Source: Squalus acanthias (Eukaryota). From it: DNA of 64,000 bases. The stretch spans positions 109,928,001-109,992,000 of the forward strand of contig CM059432.1 in assembly GCA_030390025.1 (NCBI GenBank). The letters run 5' to 3'. This document shows positions 1 to 12,794 of the stretch, in pieces. Each line of letters begins with the position of its first letter. Position 1 is the first letter of the stretch. A program made the position numbers and the translations under genes. A model generated the notes under the pieces. It had not been told where the DNA came from and searched no databases. It saw only the letters and a program-made list of their open reading frames with translations.

Positions 1-375
1 CATGCTCTTGTACACTTCTTATTGAACTAAGGTTGGTCCCCTGGCTTGATGGTAATGGTAGAGTGAAGGATATGCCGGGCCATGAGGTTGCAGATTGTGG
101 TGGAATACAATTCTGCTGCTGATGGCCCACAGTGCCTCATGGATGCCCAGTTTTGAGCTGCTAGATCTGTTCTGAATCTATCCCATTTAGCACGGTGGTA
201 GTGCCACACAACACGATGGAGGGTGTTCTCCGTGTGAAGACGGGACTTCGTCTCCACAATGACTGTGCGGTGATCACTGCTACCAATACGGTCATGGACA
301 GATGCATCTGCAACAGGTAGATTGGCGAGGACGAGGTCAAGTAGGTTTTTCCCTCTGGTTGGTTCTCTCACCACC
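1..375 (-). mobile_element. CR1-like LINE (family A) ORF2 fragment, endonuclease C-terminus/linker
   Basis: ORF 27..377 has EPTRGKNLLDLVL and IGSSDH (AP-endonuclease motifs); homologous to the copies at 1.4-4.1 kb and 15.6-18.7 kb. Confidence 0.85.
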
Positions 376-1148
376 ATATGTACAGAATGGCCTGCAGCAA
401 CTCACCAAGCTTAGTTTGACAGCACCTTCCAGCCCCATGACCTATACCATTAAAACAGACAAAAGCAGCAATGCCATGGGAACACCATCATCTCCAGGTT
501 AAACATCATCTGACTTGGACGTATACTGCCATTCCTTCATTGTCACTGAGTCAAAATCCTGGAATTACCTACATAGCACCATGATAAGGACTGCAACAAT
601 TCAAGAAGGCAGCCTACCACCATGAATGAAGACTTACCAGCATCGCTCATATGCAGAGAACAATTTTTTTTTATATAAAAAGGCTTAGGGTATCTTTGGC
701 TAGGCTGTACTGTGGTATTTTTTGTCCTCCCAGTCACCATCAGGGCCAACTTTGTTAGACATGGTGAGGGTGGGGGTGGGGGGGGGGGGGGGGGGAAGAG
801 ATAGAAAAATATCAAATGTTAGAAAACTGACAACTGCCACAAAACTTGAACTGCATTTTAAGAGTTAAAATTCTACGTAGGATAAAGCACTTAACAAGGT
901 TGTGATCCTTCAGACTACATTAAGATCTTCCTTTAAGCTTGTCTCATAAAAGGTGCAACTAACCTTGCAGTAAACAAGCACTTACTGGTTATGGTCAAAG
1001 GGACCTTCCCAACCAAGCTTGGACAGATTAAAGAATTATAAAATTGTGGACTTGGAAGTATGCAACTTGACTAAACAGAAGTAAATTGTCACTTATGAAC
1101 TTAGAGGGGTTTTCCTGCTTCAACTATATCATGAAGACACTGCAGTGT

Positions 1149-1430
1149 ACGGTACAGTAGCATAGTGGTTCGGTTACTGGACCAGTAATCCAGAGGCCTG
1201 GACTAACTATCCGGAGACTTGAGGTCAAATCCCATCATGGCAGCCGGGGAATTTAAATTCAGTTAACTAAATAAATCTAGTATCAGTAAAGGTGACCATG
1301 AAACTACCAGGTTGTTATCTGGTTTACTTTTAAGGAAGGAAATCTGCCATCCTTACCAGGTCTGTATGACTCCAGACCCACAGCAATGTGGTTGACTCTT
1401 AACTGCCCTCTCTTAGCAAGCCACTCAGTT
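1149..1430 (+). mobile_element. tRNA-derived SINE-like head (Pol III A/B boxes) fused to downstream LINE
   Basis: A box TAGCATAGTGG at 1158-1168; B-box-like GGTCAAATCC at 1223-1232; body also present at 18580-18712 (minus) and 6089-6246. Confidence 0.75.
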
Positions 1431-4120
1431 GCATCAAACGGCTACAAAAAACAAGAATAAAACCAGATGGACCATCTGGCAACGGCAAAGGCACACCCAG
1501 CCCAGTCAACCCTGCAAAGTCCTCCTCACTAACATCTGGGGACTTGTGCCAAGGAGAGAAACAGCCATACTCAATCATACCTTTCAGCCAATATCCCAGA
1601 CTCCATCACCATCCCTGGGTATGTCCTGTCCCAGCTGCAGGACAGACCCACCAGAGGTGGCAGCACAGTGGGACACAGTCAGGAGGAGAGGCCCCGGGAG
1701 TCCTCAACATTAAACCCCGGTCTCATGGCATCAGGTCAAAAATGGGCAAGGAAACCTCCTACCACCCTCCCTCAACTGATGAACTAGTACTCCATGTTGA
1801 ACACCACTTGGAAGAAGCACAGAGGGTAGCAAGGGCACAGAATGTACTCTGGGTGGGGGGCTTCAATGTCCATCACCAAGAGTGGCTCGGTAGCACCATT
1901 ACTGACCAAGCCCTAAGTGACATAGCTGCCAGACTGGGCCTGGAGCTGGTGGTGAGAAAATCAATACGAGGGAAAAATCTACTTGACCTCGTTCTCACCG
2001 ATCTACCTGTCGCAGATGCAGCTATCCATGACAATATTAGGAGTGATCACCGCACAGTCCTTGGAGACGAAGTCTCATCTTCACACTGAGGACACCCTCC
2101 AGCGTGTTGTTTGGCACTGCTACCGTGCTAAGTGGGATAGATTCAGAACAGATCTAGTAACTCAAAACTGGGCATCCCCGAGGCGCTGAGAGTTACCAGC
2201 AGCAGAATTGTATACCACAATTTGTAACCTCATGGCCTGGCATATCCCTCACTGTACCATTGCCATCAAGCCAGGGGACCAACCCTGGTTCAGTAAGGAG
2301 TGTAATAGTGTACTAGGAGCAGCACCAGTCGTACCTAAAAATGAGGTGCCGACCTGGTGAAGCTACAACACAGGACGACATGCATGCTAAACAGTGGATG
2401 CAGCATGCTATAGACAGAACTCAGCAATCCCACAATCAATGGATCAGATCAAAGCTCTGCAGTCCTGCCACATCCAGTCGTGAATGATGGTGGACAATTA
2501 AGCTTACAGGAAGAGGAGGCTCCATTACCATCCCCACCCTCAATGATGGCGGAGCCCAGTACATGAATGCAAAAGACAAGGCTGAAACGTTTGCAACCAG
2601 CTTCAGCCAGGAGTGCCGAGTGGAAGATTCATCTCGGCCTCCTCCTGAGGTCCCCACCACCACAGAAGTCAGTCTTCAGCCAATTCAATTCACTCCGCAT
2701 TGATATCAAGAAATGGCTGAGTGCACTGGATACAGCAAAGGCAATGGCGCCTGACAACATCCCAGCTGTAGTGCTGAAGACTTGTGCGCCAGAACTAGTC
2801 ACACCTCTCGCCAAACTGTTCCAGTAAAGCTACAACAACAAAGGGGAAAGTTTCCCAGGTATGTCCCATCTACAAAAGGCAGGACGAAACTAATCTTGCC
2901 AGTTATCACCCCATCAGTCTATTCTCAATCATCAGCAGTGCTATCATGCAGCACTTACTCCAGAACCACTGCTCCAGACCTCTTTACAGCTTGGTCCAAA
3001 CATGGACAAGCTGAATTCCAGAGGTGAGATAAGAGTGACTGCCCTTGTCATCAAGGCACCATTCGACAGAGTGTGGCATCAAGGAGTCCTAGTAAAATTG
3101 AAGCCAATGGGAATTAGGGGGAAACTCTCCACCGGCTGGAATCATACCTAGCACAAAAGGAAGATGGTTGTGGTTATTGAAGGCCAATCCTCAGCCCCAG
3201 GACATCGCTGCAGGAGTTCCTCAGGGCAGCGACCTCGGCCCAACCACCTTCAGCTACTTCATCAATGACCTTCCCTCCATCATAAGGTCAAAAGTGGGGA
3301 TGTTTGCTGATGATTAGTGTTCATGCATTAGCAACTCCTCAGATAATGAAGCAGTCTGTGCCCACATGCAGCAAGACCTGGACAACATACAGGCTTGGGC
3401 TGAGTGGCAAATAACATTCACGCCACACAAGTGCCAGGCAATGACCATCTCCAATCAGAGACTTTAACTACCATCCCTTGACATTCAACAGCATTACCAT
3501 CCCAAAAACCCCCATCATCATCCTGGGGGGGGGGGGGGGGGTCCAACCACTGACCAGAATCTTAACTGGACCAACCACATAAATACTGTGGCTTCAGGAG
3601 GTCAGAAACTGGGTATTCTGCGGTGAGTGTCTCACCTCCCGACTCCCCAAAGCCCTTCCACCATATACAAAGCACAACTCAGGAGTGTGATGAAATACTC
3701 TCCACTTGCCTGAATAATGCAGCTCCAAAAACACTCCAGCTTGACACCATCCAGGACAAAGCAGCCTGCTTGATTGACATCCCATCCACCATCTTAAACA
3801 TCCACTTCCTCCACCACCAGCGCACCGTGGCTGCAGTGTGTATCATCTACAAGATGCACTGCAGAAACTTGTCAAGCCTTCTTCGACAGCACCTTCCAAA
3901 CCTGCAACCTCAGAATAAGGGCATGGGACCACCACCACCTGCAAGTTCCCCTCCAAGTCACACTTGGAAATATATCACTGTTCCTTCATAGTCACTGGGT
4001 CAGAATCCTGGAACTCCGTATCTAACTGAGTACCTTCACTACACGGACTGCAGCGGTTCAAGGCTGCACCTTCTCAAGAGCAATTAGGGATGGGCAATAA
4101 ATGCTTGTCTTGCCACATGC
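1430..4120 (+). mobile_element. Near full-length degraded CR1-like LINE (family A), single APE-RT ORF with many frameshifts
   Basis: ORF fragments VLLTNIWGL, LWVGGFNVHH, KAMAPDNIP, GVPQG-type and FADD-type RT segments; 3' tail CAATTAGGGATGGGCAATAAATGC at about 4081-4104. Confidence 0.9.
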
Positions 4121-4775
4121 CATAACTCAATCACCATGGGTCAACATGAACACTTGTTCCAAATGTTCATTGTCAAATATATGCTTTTTGAGGAGAGGAG
4201 ACAGAAAAAAAAGGATAAAGAAATCTTTTAAACTGCAAGCTCAATAAGAATGTGCAAAACATTCACCAAGACATTGAAAATTTTACAACAATTCAGGAGA
4301 GCTACTGACCACTGTTCTACCACAGCACAACTAGAGGAAAACAATCTAATAGCATCAGTAGTTAGTTGTAGCATGGAAAGTGTGTCCCTTACAAGTCCCA
4401 TCACCAGTTCTCACCTGTGGCTCCACTCAGTCCTTCATGTATCAACATTCTTGGTCTCTATCTGCTCTGAACTCCAATGGGCCTCCCAGTCATTGCTGAA
4501 ACTGATTTCCAGAAGTTCGTTTTCCTCTTACTGCCACACTTTCCGACCCCTCAACAACTCATGAAGCTCATATGGAGGGGCTCTTCTATCCTTGCACTGG
4601 ACAGAGTACAGAGAAAAGCTTTTCATTTTAATTATTGACCCCTCACACACCCAAAACCTGTCAATTCCCAGATACGCCCACATCTGCTTTCCCCTGAACT
4701 CATCAGTCTTGCTGCTTCTGGGAAAGCTCTGAAATATCCCAGCCTACATGTTCTGTGTTGAAATCAAAACTCATT

Positions 4776-5511
4776 GGCCCAAAAATTAGTGAGGGAGCCT
4801 TCGTGCGAGGGTAAGGCTTCCCCGCGATCTCTCACTGCGCGCTGGCTTTTTCATTCCCAGCTCGCACGAACTTGATGTTCTGGACAGCAGCTGTGCAGGG
4901 CTTCCGTATCCCACAGGCGCAGTTAATTTGTGCGAGCTGTGGGATCACGTGACTCAGTTAGAGCCAATGGCAGCACACCATCTTTCATTCATAGCTTTCA
5001 CAGCACGGCTGTGAAAGCTATGAATACTATACCCCCCCAAAAGAACAGCTAAACCTCAATTAAATTTTTTAAAAACCCATCACATTAATAAAATAAGTAT
5101 AGTTAAATAAATTAACCACTTTAAACAAAAAATTAAATTTTTGAAAAAATTTAAAATCTTTTAAAAAGTTATAAAAATAAACTTACCTTTCTTTAAAGTC
5201 TCTAAAAAAAGATATACCTGTTGAAAAATTCAAAATAATACTTAATTAACTACTTACCTTGTTAAAAGAGGGTCTTACGCCTCCTTTGTGTAAAATGTTC
5301 CACGCTTATCTGCGCTTTCAAAGCACTAAGTGCACTGCGTGTGCGCAGCCTGTAGGGCGCACGCGGTTCACCTAGGAACCGCCCCCTTTTGAAATCACCA
5401 AGTGCCGGTTTTCAGCGCATGCGCAGTGCATGCAGAAAACCGGCAATTGGAGACAGAATACGCGAGAGTACACAGTGCGTACTCTCGCGTAGCGGCACTA
5501 ATTTTTGGGCC
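4776..5511. mobile_element. Non-autonomous TIR DNA transposon (MITE, PIF/Harbinger-like), hairpin-rich
   Basis: Perfect 16-bp TIR GGCCCAAAAATTAGTG / CACTAATTTTTGGGCC; ATT on both sides (4773-4775, 5512-5514); close paralogue at 54525-55268. Confidence 0.9.
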
Positions 5512-6088
5512 ATTGTCTCCTAACCTCATTCATTCCCAGGGTTGCAAAACTGTGGAACTCCTTACTTTGATAATTGTTAGAAGGTGGTAAAATTATCAGA
5601 ATTTTGAAAGCAAAACCTGGTGTAATTTAATCACTAATTCCTGATTCAAGCTTGCTGGTATCCACTATGGGACTGATCCGTGACTTCATCTTCTCAATTT
5701 AAAAAATGAGTATGTGCACCACACTCCAGTCTATAGTATTTCTATATTTAGCAAATTGCTGCATTTTACCTTGATAATTCTTGGATCACATAAAACTGGT
5801 TAAAAAACCATGTCCAATTATTTGATGCTTACAATAGCTACCAGCAGTTTTTAAACTAAGTCTTCCCATTCACAAGTCTTAGCAAGTTTATCTTTGGTGT
5901 TAATGCAACTCATGCAGCTGACAGTAAGAGCTGGCAGGACTAGCACAGTACAAAAGCAGGTTATATCCAAAACAATTTTTTTTTTTAATATAAAGTGTCA
6001 GGTCATTACTTCTAAAGCCTATTCTACCTGCTAACTTTTCATTGCCCTGCTCTGAAATAAGTTAAAAATGACAATGCCCAATTTATAT

Positions 6089-6246
6089 AGGGTACAATAG
6101 CCTAGTGGCAATAGTATTCAACTAGCAACTCAGGAGTCAGGAGTTCAAATCCCACCATAAGTTTTGAAACTGAATTCAGTATCGACCATGAAAGCTGCTG
6201 GATTATATAAAAAACTGGCCAACATGTGACTCCAGTACTACACAAT
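6089..6246 (+). mobile_element. Degenerate tRNA-derived SINE interrupted by MITE (resumes about 7006-7030)
   Basis: A-box-like TAGCCTAGTGG, B box GAGTTCAAATCC; similarity to 1149-1430. Confidence 0.6.
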
Positions 6247-7005
6247 GGCCCATATTTTCCGATCGCAGGCCTCCCGCGGACGGAGGCCTGCGATCTGGAA
6301 AAATCTGCGCCCTTACCCGAGGGCTCCCGGGAGGCGCACAGTTCCGATGCTGGGCCTCTCCAAACTGCCGGTGTGCAGGACCCACGTATCCCAGAGGCGC
6401 AGGTAGTTTGCAGCGTCCCTGGGATCACGTGGGCCATGGGGAGCCAATCAAAGAAGGGAATCTCCCTTCATACATTTGACAGGAAGACCTGTCAAATATA
6501 TGAATGGAGATCACCCCAAAACATAGTAAAATTTTAAATAATTTTTTTTTTTAAATCACATTTTTAAAGTGACTTGAAAGTACAATAAATTAACTATTTT
6601 AAACAAAACTTTAAATTTTTCAAACAAATAATTCAAGTTTTTTACAGGGCTAAAAATAAACTTACCTTTTTTTAAAAAAAGGATTTTTAAATGATAAATC
6701 AGTGGAAATTTTTTTTTTTCTTTTTTTAAACTTTTTTCAACTCTTATCCTGGTAAAAGCAGGCCTTACGCCTGCTTTTACCAGGCGCAAGAATTGTAAGG
6801 GTTTTCTGCGGGCAGAGGGTCTCCAAAAAACGGAACTCTCTGCCTGCAGAGGCCCTTCTCCAGGGCAGCCGGAGGATCTGTCAAGAGCTTTCTTGACAGA
6901 TCGGAAATGCCGGTTTCCAGCGCATGCCTGAAACCGGCATTTCCGATGTCCCTACGGGTGGGTACACAGCGCGTACCCACCCGTAGGGATCGGAATATCT
7001 GGCCC
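6247..7005. mobile_element. MITE, second subfamily of the hairpin-rich TIR element
   Basis: Imperfect TIR GGCCCATATTTTCCGATC / GATCGGAATATCTGGCCC; flanks AAT/ATT; same internal layout as 4776-5511; inverted paralogue at 40384. Confidence 0.85.
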
Positions 7006-7701
7006 ATTGTAGTTGACCTAATGGCTTCAGGCCAACATCAGAAGAGTCCACATCCCAAGAACAAAAAGTTATCAAAGTTAAAATGAGATATAGCACTCAA
7101 GACTAAAAGTATTCAACTTGATAAAATTTGAACAAAAAAAGTTTCTTAATGAGAAGCTACACCACTAATTTATTCCACGAGTTAGAAGGAGCTTATTAAT
7201 TTTCCTGAATAGCATCATTTTTGTATCCCACAGCTGAGTATTTTTATACATTCTAAGCAAAGTTTGAGATGTCATGGGGATACCATTGTCAGACACCAAG
7301 TACTGGCTACTCTACAGGATATACACAAGGACTTACTGGAGTGCATTGGTTTTGATGAAATCTTAGGTAATCTACCCATGAACCCTAATAAACAGACTGG
7401 ACAACTGGAGCAGCATCTTGCTGCAGCTTGAGCAAACAAGCTTAGATGTGACTCCACAGTGACAGTCAAACAGAAAGGATATATCAGATTAAACTGAGGT
7501 TCACAAACATTTTGGAGTTGTATCTGTATGAAATGCAGAATCTAAGACTTTGCAAATCATGTTTGATAGCTTAGTGATAAACTATCTGCACAAATGCATT
7601 ACATCATGCAAGTATATAGTGCACATCCTGTATTCAGCTGCAAAACTACTTACTGGTTATATAATGCCATCCCTCATTACCTCACCTCCTAGGTCATATT
7701 A

Positions 7702-8255
7702 ACAACTTGTATTTATATAGCACCTTTAACGTAGTAAAAGGTCCCATGGCATTTCACAGGAGCGTTATCAAACAAAATTTGACACCAAGCCACACAAGGA
7801 GATAGTAGGGCAGATGACCAAATGCTTGGTCAAAGGTAGGTTTTAAGGAACGTCTTAAAGTAGGAAAGAGAGGTAGCGAGACAGAGGTTTAGGGAGGAAA
7901 TTCCAGAGCTTAGGGCCTTGGCAGCTGACGGCATGACTGCCAATGGTGGAGCAATTAAATAAGAGACCAGAATTGTAGGGGTGCAGATATCTGAGGGTTA
8001 TGGGGCTGGAGATTATAAAGATAGGGAGCAGTGAGGCCATAGAGGGATTTGAAAACAAGGATGAGAATTTTAAAATCGAGGCGTTGCTGGTCAGCAAGCA
8101 CAGGGATGATGGGAACTTGGTGCGAGTTAAGACAAGGGCAGCAGTTTTGGATGAACTCAAGTTTATGGAGCGTAGAACGTGGGAGGCCGGCCAGGAGTGC
8201 GCTATCAAGTCTAGAGATAACAAAGGCATAAACGAGGCATGAGGTCATATCACTT
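7702..8255 (-). mobile_element. L2 LINE 3' fragment
   Basis: AFVISRLD and RLDFKILILVFK peptides; tail GGTGCTATATAAATACAAGTTGTT on minus strand. Confidence 0.85.
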
Positions 8256-10067
8256 ACCACAATTTAAAAAACTGTAGATGTTGTATCAAGATCAAATGTT
8301 TGTGTCAAGATGTTAGCTGACTGATCCCTCACCTCTGTAGCCCGAGCTTGAAATAAGCCCAGAATGATGGAATGAAAGTCCCCCCTCTGCTTCTATATGT
8401 ACTACGTAATTCAATTTCAAACCCAATACTTGCTCTTGTGACTCTACAGCAGAAAACAGCCCAAAATTCAACAAATTAGCAATCTCACTCAGATGTCAAG
8501 ACCGGATAATGTAGAAAATGGAAGAGTTTACACTGGTGGAACAGGAAGTACTGCCCTGAAACTCAGGGTAGAATAGAGATGAACAATATTCTATATTCTG
8601 GCCTGTACCACTTTAGCTGAGTGTTTGAAGCCATTACTCTGTACCTGAATTGAAAAGGGATTCATTTTCAGACATCCATCATTATGGCAAGAAAAAATGA
8701 AATTGGGTTTTGTAAACAGTAATGTAATCTTAGGTTTCTGTTTATTCATAACCCACTCCTGTTTCACATTCATGGCTATGAAATCATTAGTTAAAATGAA
8801 ATATTATTTAACTGCCAATTCCAACTTACATATATTCCATTTTCCAGTTAAGTATCACTTCATGGCAGAACACTTTGTTCCTGATGTCTTAGCTGGTTAA
8901 GGACGAGCCAGAAAAAAAAGGATGCCTTCCAAATTGCTCTCCAGCAACCCCCGTTATACCCGGCTCAGCTGTTACATATCCATGGTCAAATAGCCTGCTG
9001 ATTCTTACTGTCTAGCCTCACAAATGAAGTCATTTGGCAACGTACCACAGGGTCACTGTGACCCAAGAAATGTACATATGTCTTCAGGATAGGGGGCAGG
9101 AATTATGGATTTTAAAAATCTGATTGGAGCCATTGACAGGTTAACTCAGCCAAATTCCCGTACTATTTCTGACTTGTTAAAATCTCTAGTTCGACATGTC
9201 ACTTTTCATTGAAATCATGTCAATCCACATTAAGGCCATGTGTAACCGCTGATTTTCTTAAAACCTTACAACAATTTTTTAGGGCAAATTTTTGTGGTCC
9301 TCCAGGCAGAGGATATTAGTGCTAGGGAATAAAACTTTTGCAAATCTTGTCAACACTAACAAGCACCCTCCAAGCTCCCCTGACTTTGCCCCAGCAACAA
9401 TGCATTTACTCAATTTCCCACACTAACCACCCCTTTGACCTCTGACAATTAAATCTAAATAGGGGCAACTGTACACAGTGGGCTCTCAGCCAACAGGAAC
9501 TGGGCCAAGATTGCCCAAAATTATTTCAGTCAGGAAACTTCCAACCATCAGTCTGGACTGGAATGGGACCCAGGCAGAGAAGAAAGCCTAATATCAAACT
9601 TGAAAATTTTTAAATGTATATAGTCCACTCCAATTCAAAGTTGTTTAATTCAAATTATTTGATCATTTAGCTCTGAATTCCCACTGTGTTATTCTTGTTA
9701 CTTAATTCAAACTATTGGATAATTTTTCTGTGCAAAAAGAAACAGAATTATCAGGATTAGACTGCATGTTGGAGTGTGCTAGGGTACTAATCCAAGGAAC
9801 ATAGACCTGCGGAGACATCTGATAATGCTCAGTAGTCAAGCTCTGGAGCAAAATTTTCACGGCATTCATCCAGCTAAGAACTGATTAGAATGTTGTGTTC
9901 AGCTCAATATATTGTATACTGTAATGCATTATTAGCAAGTTTAAGTGAACTTTACAGGATGCAGTTTACACAATATCAGTTTAACAGATAAAAGAATTTC
10001 CAAAAATAAATAAAAATTTGGGGGGAGGGAGAAGGAAGGGCAATCCTATGACTTGTGACATATATAT

Positions 10068-10772
10068 GGCCCAGATTTTTGCAGTGGTAATGACGGCAAA
10101 ACTGTCAGCATTACTCTGAAAAGGACAGCAACTTCTGAATAAACGTGGAAATCCAGAAATGGTTCTCCACAGGTTGCACTGTGGAACTCTCCAGAACCAG
10201 CAATCAATTCAAATGAGTTCCTGACGAAAACTTCCCCCATTACGCTGGAATAGCATTGTTTAAACCCCCCCCCCCACCAAAAAGGTTAAGCCTTGTTGAA
10301 AGCGGTGTAACTGGGTTTTTAAATGGCATATTGACTGCTGAACAACTGTTCTGGCCCTGAAAAACTAATTTTATATTTGTGGAATGACAAATTTTTCCAT
10401 TAATAGGATTAAGAATTACAAGGATTTAAAAAAATAATTTAAAGTTTGTTTATGATATTTCAGCTTCTACCTTAATCCTGTGTATGTCCCAATCTTTATC
10501 TCACTAAAATTTATAAAAAGTAAATTAGAATCTGTGCATGTTACTTCCTGATTTGCTGTGCGAGAATTCTTCAATGTGATTGGCCGCTCAGCCGGCTTGA
10601 TTACATCACTGTTGCTGGACGCTGGAGATTTGCTTGATTTGACACCAGATTGAAACCAAGGTGGGGAGAGCTGAAATTTATACCAGTGAGAGATCGCTAG
10701 ATCTTTGCAGGCAGCTTTCTTTAAGGCCAGCAGCAAGCGCCATCGCTTCAACGCTGACCGCAAATTTGGGCC
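10068..10772. mobile_element. Older MITE with related GGCCC termini
   Basis: GGCCCAGATTTTTGC at the left end, GCAAATTTGGGCC at the right; AT-rich centre; related end fragment at about 49046-49249. Confidence 0.65.
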
Positions 10773-11182
10773 ATAGCCTATTGTAGATAATGGGGAATTT
10801 ACACAAATCCAGCTGTGATTGGAAATAATGCAGATTTAGGCCAAGAGTTAACACCATTTCCTGGTCAGCAGCACAGCCACAACCTTCTCCAAAGCACCTA
10901 CTAGTGCTGTTCCTGATCTGTCCACCCTCCTTGGGGCAAAGACTTGAGACTCTGTTATACACCTCTCCTGGCAACATACCAGTTTGGTAACAGGTTATAT
11001 GGGAGGACAGGTGAAAAACCTAGGATGCACCACCTCACAACAATGTTGAGTACCAATGCTCAACTCCACTAAATCACCTAGTTATCAGTTGATCCCAATT
11101 GTTGCTCATGCTTTCATTCATTTCTTGGAAAAAGACAAAAGTGACAGAAGGAAATATGACAGCACAAAAAAAAGTACTGATT

Positions 11183-12770
11183 AACTTGCATTTATTTAGC
11201 ACTCATGTAGTAAATGTCCCATGATTCAGAAGGGCAGAACAGATACTGAGCAGTAATTCGAGAGTTAGGGGGTTACTGAAGGAATGGTTTTGTAGAGGTT
11301 ACTGAAGATGGGGAGAGGCAGCAAGTCTAAGAATGAGTTCCAGATTGTGGGGTCCAGATGTCTGAAGACTTTGCCACCAATGGTGAAAAGTGCAGCAAGA
11401 TGGAAAGAAGGCCAGTCAGAAAAGCAAAAGTAGGGTGGGTGAAGCTGTGAAGGAATTTATAAATGAGGGTGTGGATTAAACACAGGGCATTGGGAAATGG
11501 GGACCCGAAGGTCAGCAAGAATAGGAATCAATGGGAAGCAGGATACAAGGTAGATTTTTGGACAAACTAGAGTTTACGTAGGCTGCAGTACAGGATGCCA
11601 GTGGTGCACTGGTGATATGTTTTGCATATATTTTCTGTTTCAATTTCAAATTTGCTGCACTTGCAGCTTGTTATTCCCCCTTCCCCCTTTATTTTCTTAT
11701 GCTTGAATTTAAATGAACCTTCCCTGTATCTTTTGACTATTTACACAATCTTTTGTCCTTGTATCACTACATTATCTCAAGATTATTTTTTCCATTTTCT
11801 ATTAAGCAGTTTACAGGACATATAAACAACCTCTTCTGCGATCAGCATATCTGTTGATTGTCTCTTCCCTCACCACCTCTAATTTGCAAACCTTATTAAA
11901 TTGCATGTCCAGTTCTGATGAAGTACACAACCAAAACATAACTATCTTGTCTCTTTACAGATGCTAAATGACAGACTGTATTTCCAGTGTTTTTTGTTTT
12001 TATTTGGAGAAGTAGAGCCTGGAGGTGACATGTGGATATATTTCAGCAGCAGTAGGAATGAGACAATGGGGACAAGCAATGTTCCAGAGGTGGAAATAGG
12101 CAGTCTTGGCGGTGGGTAGGATATGGGGTTTGAAACTTAGCTCAGAGTCACAACAGGGCAGGGAGATTACACATTAACTTTGAGGCCAAGACTGGATCAG
12201 CCATGATCTTATTGAATGGCAAAGCAGGCTCAAGGGGCCGATTGGCCTACTCCTGCTTCTTATGTTCTTATTAACAGGTTCAGCATGAGTGAGCAGCTTA
12301 GGATAGGAACAGAGCCAGCCGCTAGTGTGGGGAGTTTTTGGCAGGATCTGTTGCCAATATTTAGTTAGAGCAAGTTCCAACTCATCCATGAAGATGTTGA
12401 ATAAGGAGTTGGGCAGCACAGTAATGGTCATGGAGTTGAGGCTGGTGGCAGAGAAGAGGAGTTGGGTGTCACCAGTGTACATGTGGAAGCCAACACTGTG
12501 CCCAAGGATGTCAGAGAAACAGCACATTGATAAGGAATAGGAAAGGGCTCAGAATGGAACATTGGGGCACTCAAACTGTTGGGGGAGAAGAAACCATTAC
12601 AGGAAATGTCCTGGCTATGTTGAGACAGTGGAACGAAGTGAGGGTGGTGCCATAGAAATGGATCACAGGGAAGAGATGGAGGATGGATTGATTAACTATG
12701 TTGAATGCAATGGAGGTATAATATACCATGGTCTTAGGTCACAAAAAGTACACCAAGTTATATGCATAGC
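11183..12770 (-). mobile_element. Old degenerate L2 LINE pieces interrupted by a Penelope-like relic (about 11620-12005, +) and a CR1 3' tail (about 12190-12270, +)
   Basis: GFHMYTGDTQL (L2 RT YADDTQL-like) in ORF 12174..12527; L2 tail near 11185; CR1 tail GGCCTACTCCTGCT...TATGTTCTTA. Confidence 0.6.
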
Positions 12771-12794
12771 TGTTTCAATTCACTAAACTTCTGT

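Noticed and set aside
764..796. Poly-G runs (also 3524-3541) as G-quadruplex signals
   Set aside because: Simple homopolymer expansions, the second inside a LINE; length may be a sequencing artefact
1149..1240. Possible tRNA gene (also 28344-28410)
   Set aside because: A/B boxes present but no cloverleaf; continues into a SINE body
4405..4600. Minus-strand segment bounded by plausible splice sites
   Set aside because: All three frames contain stops and no homology is recognisable; cannot be supported as a coding exon
4675..4735. CTGATGAG...GAAA on the minus strand resembling a hammerhead core
   Set aside because: No pairable helix II between the core segments
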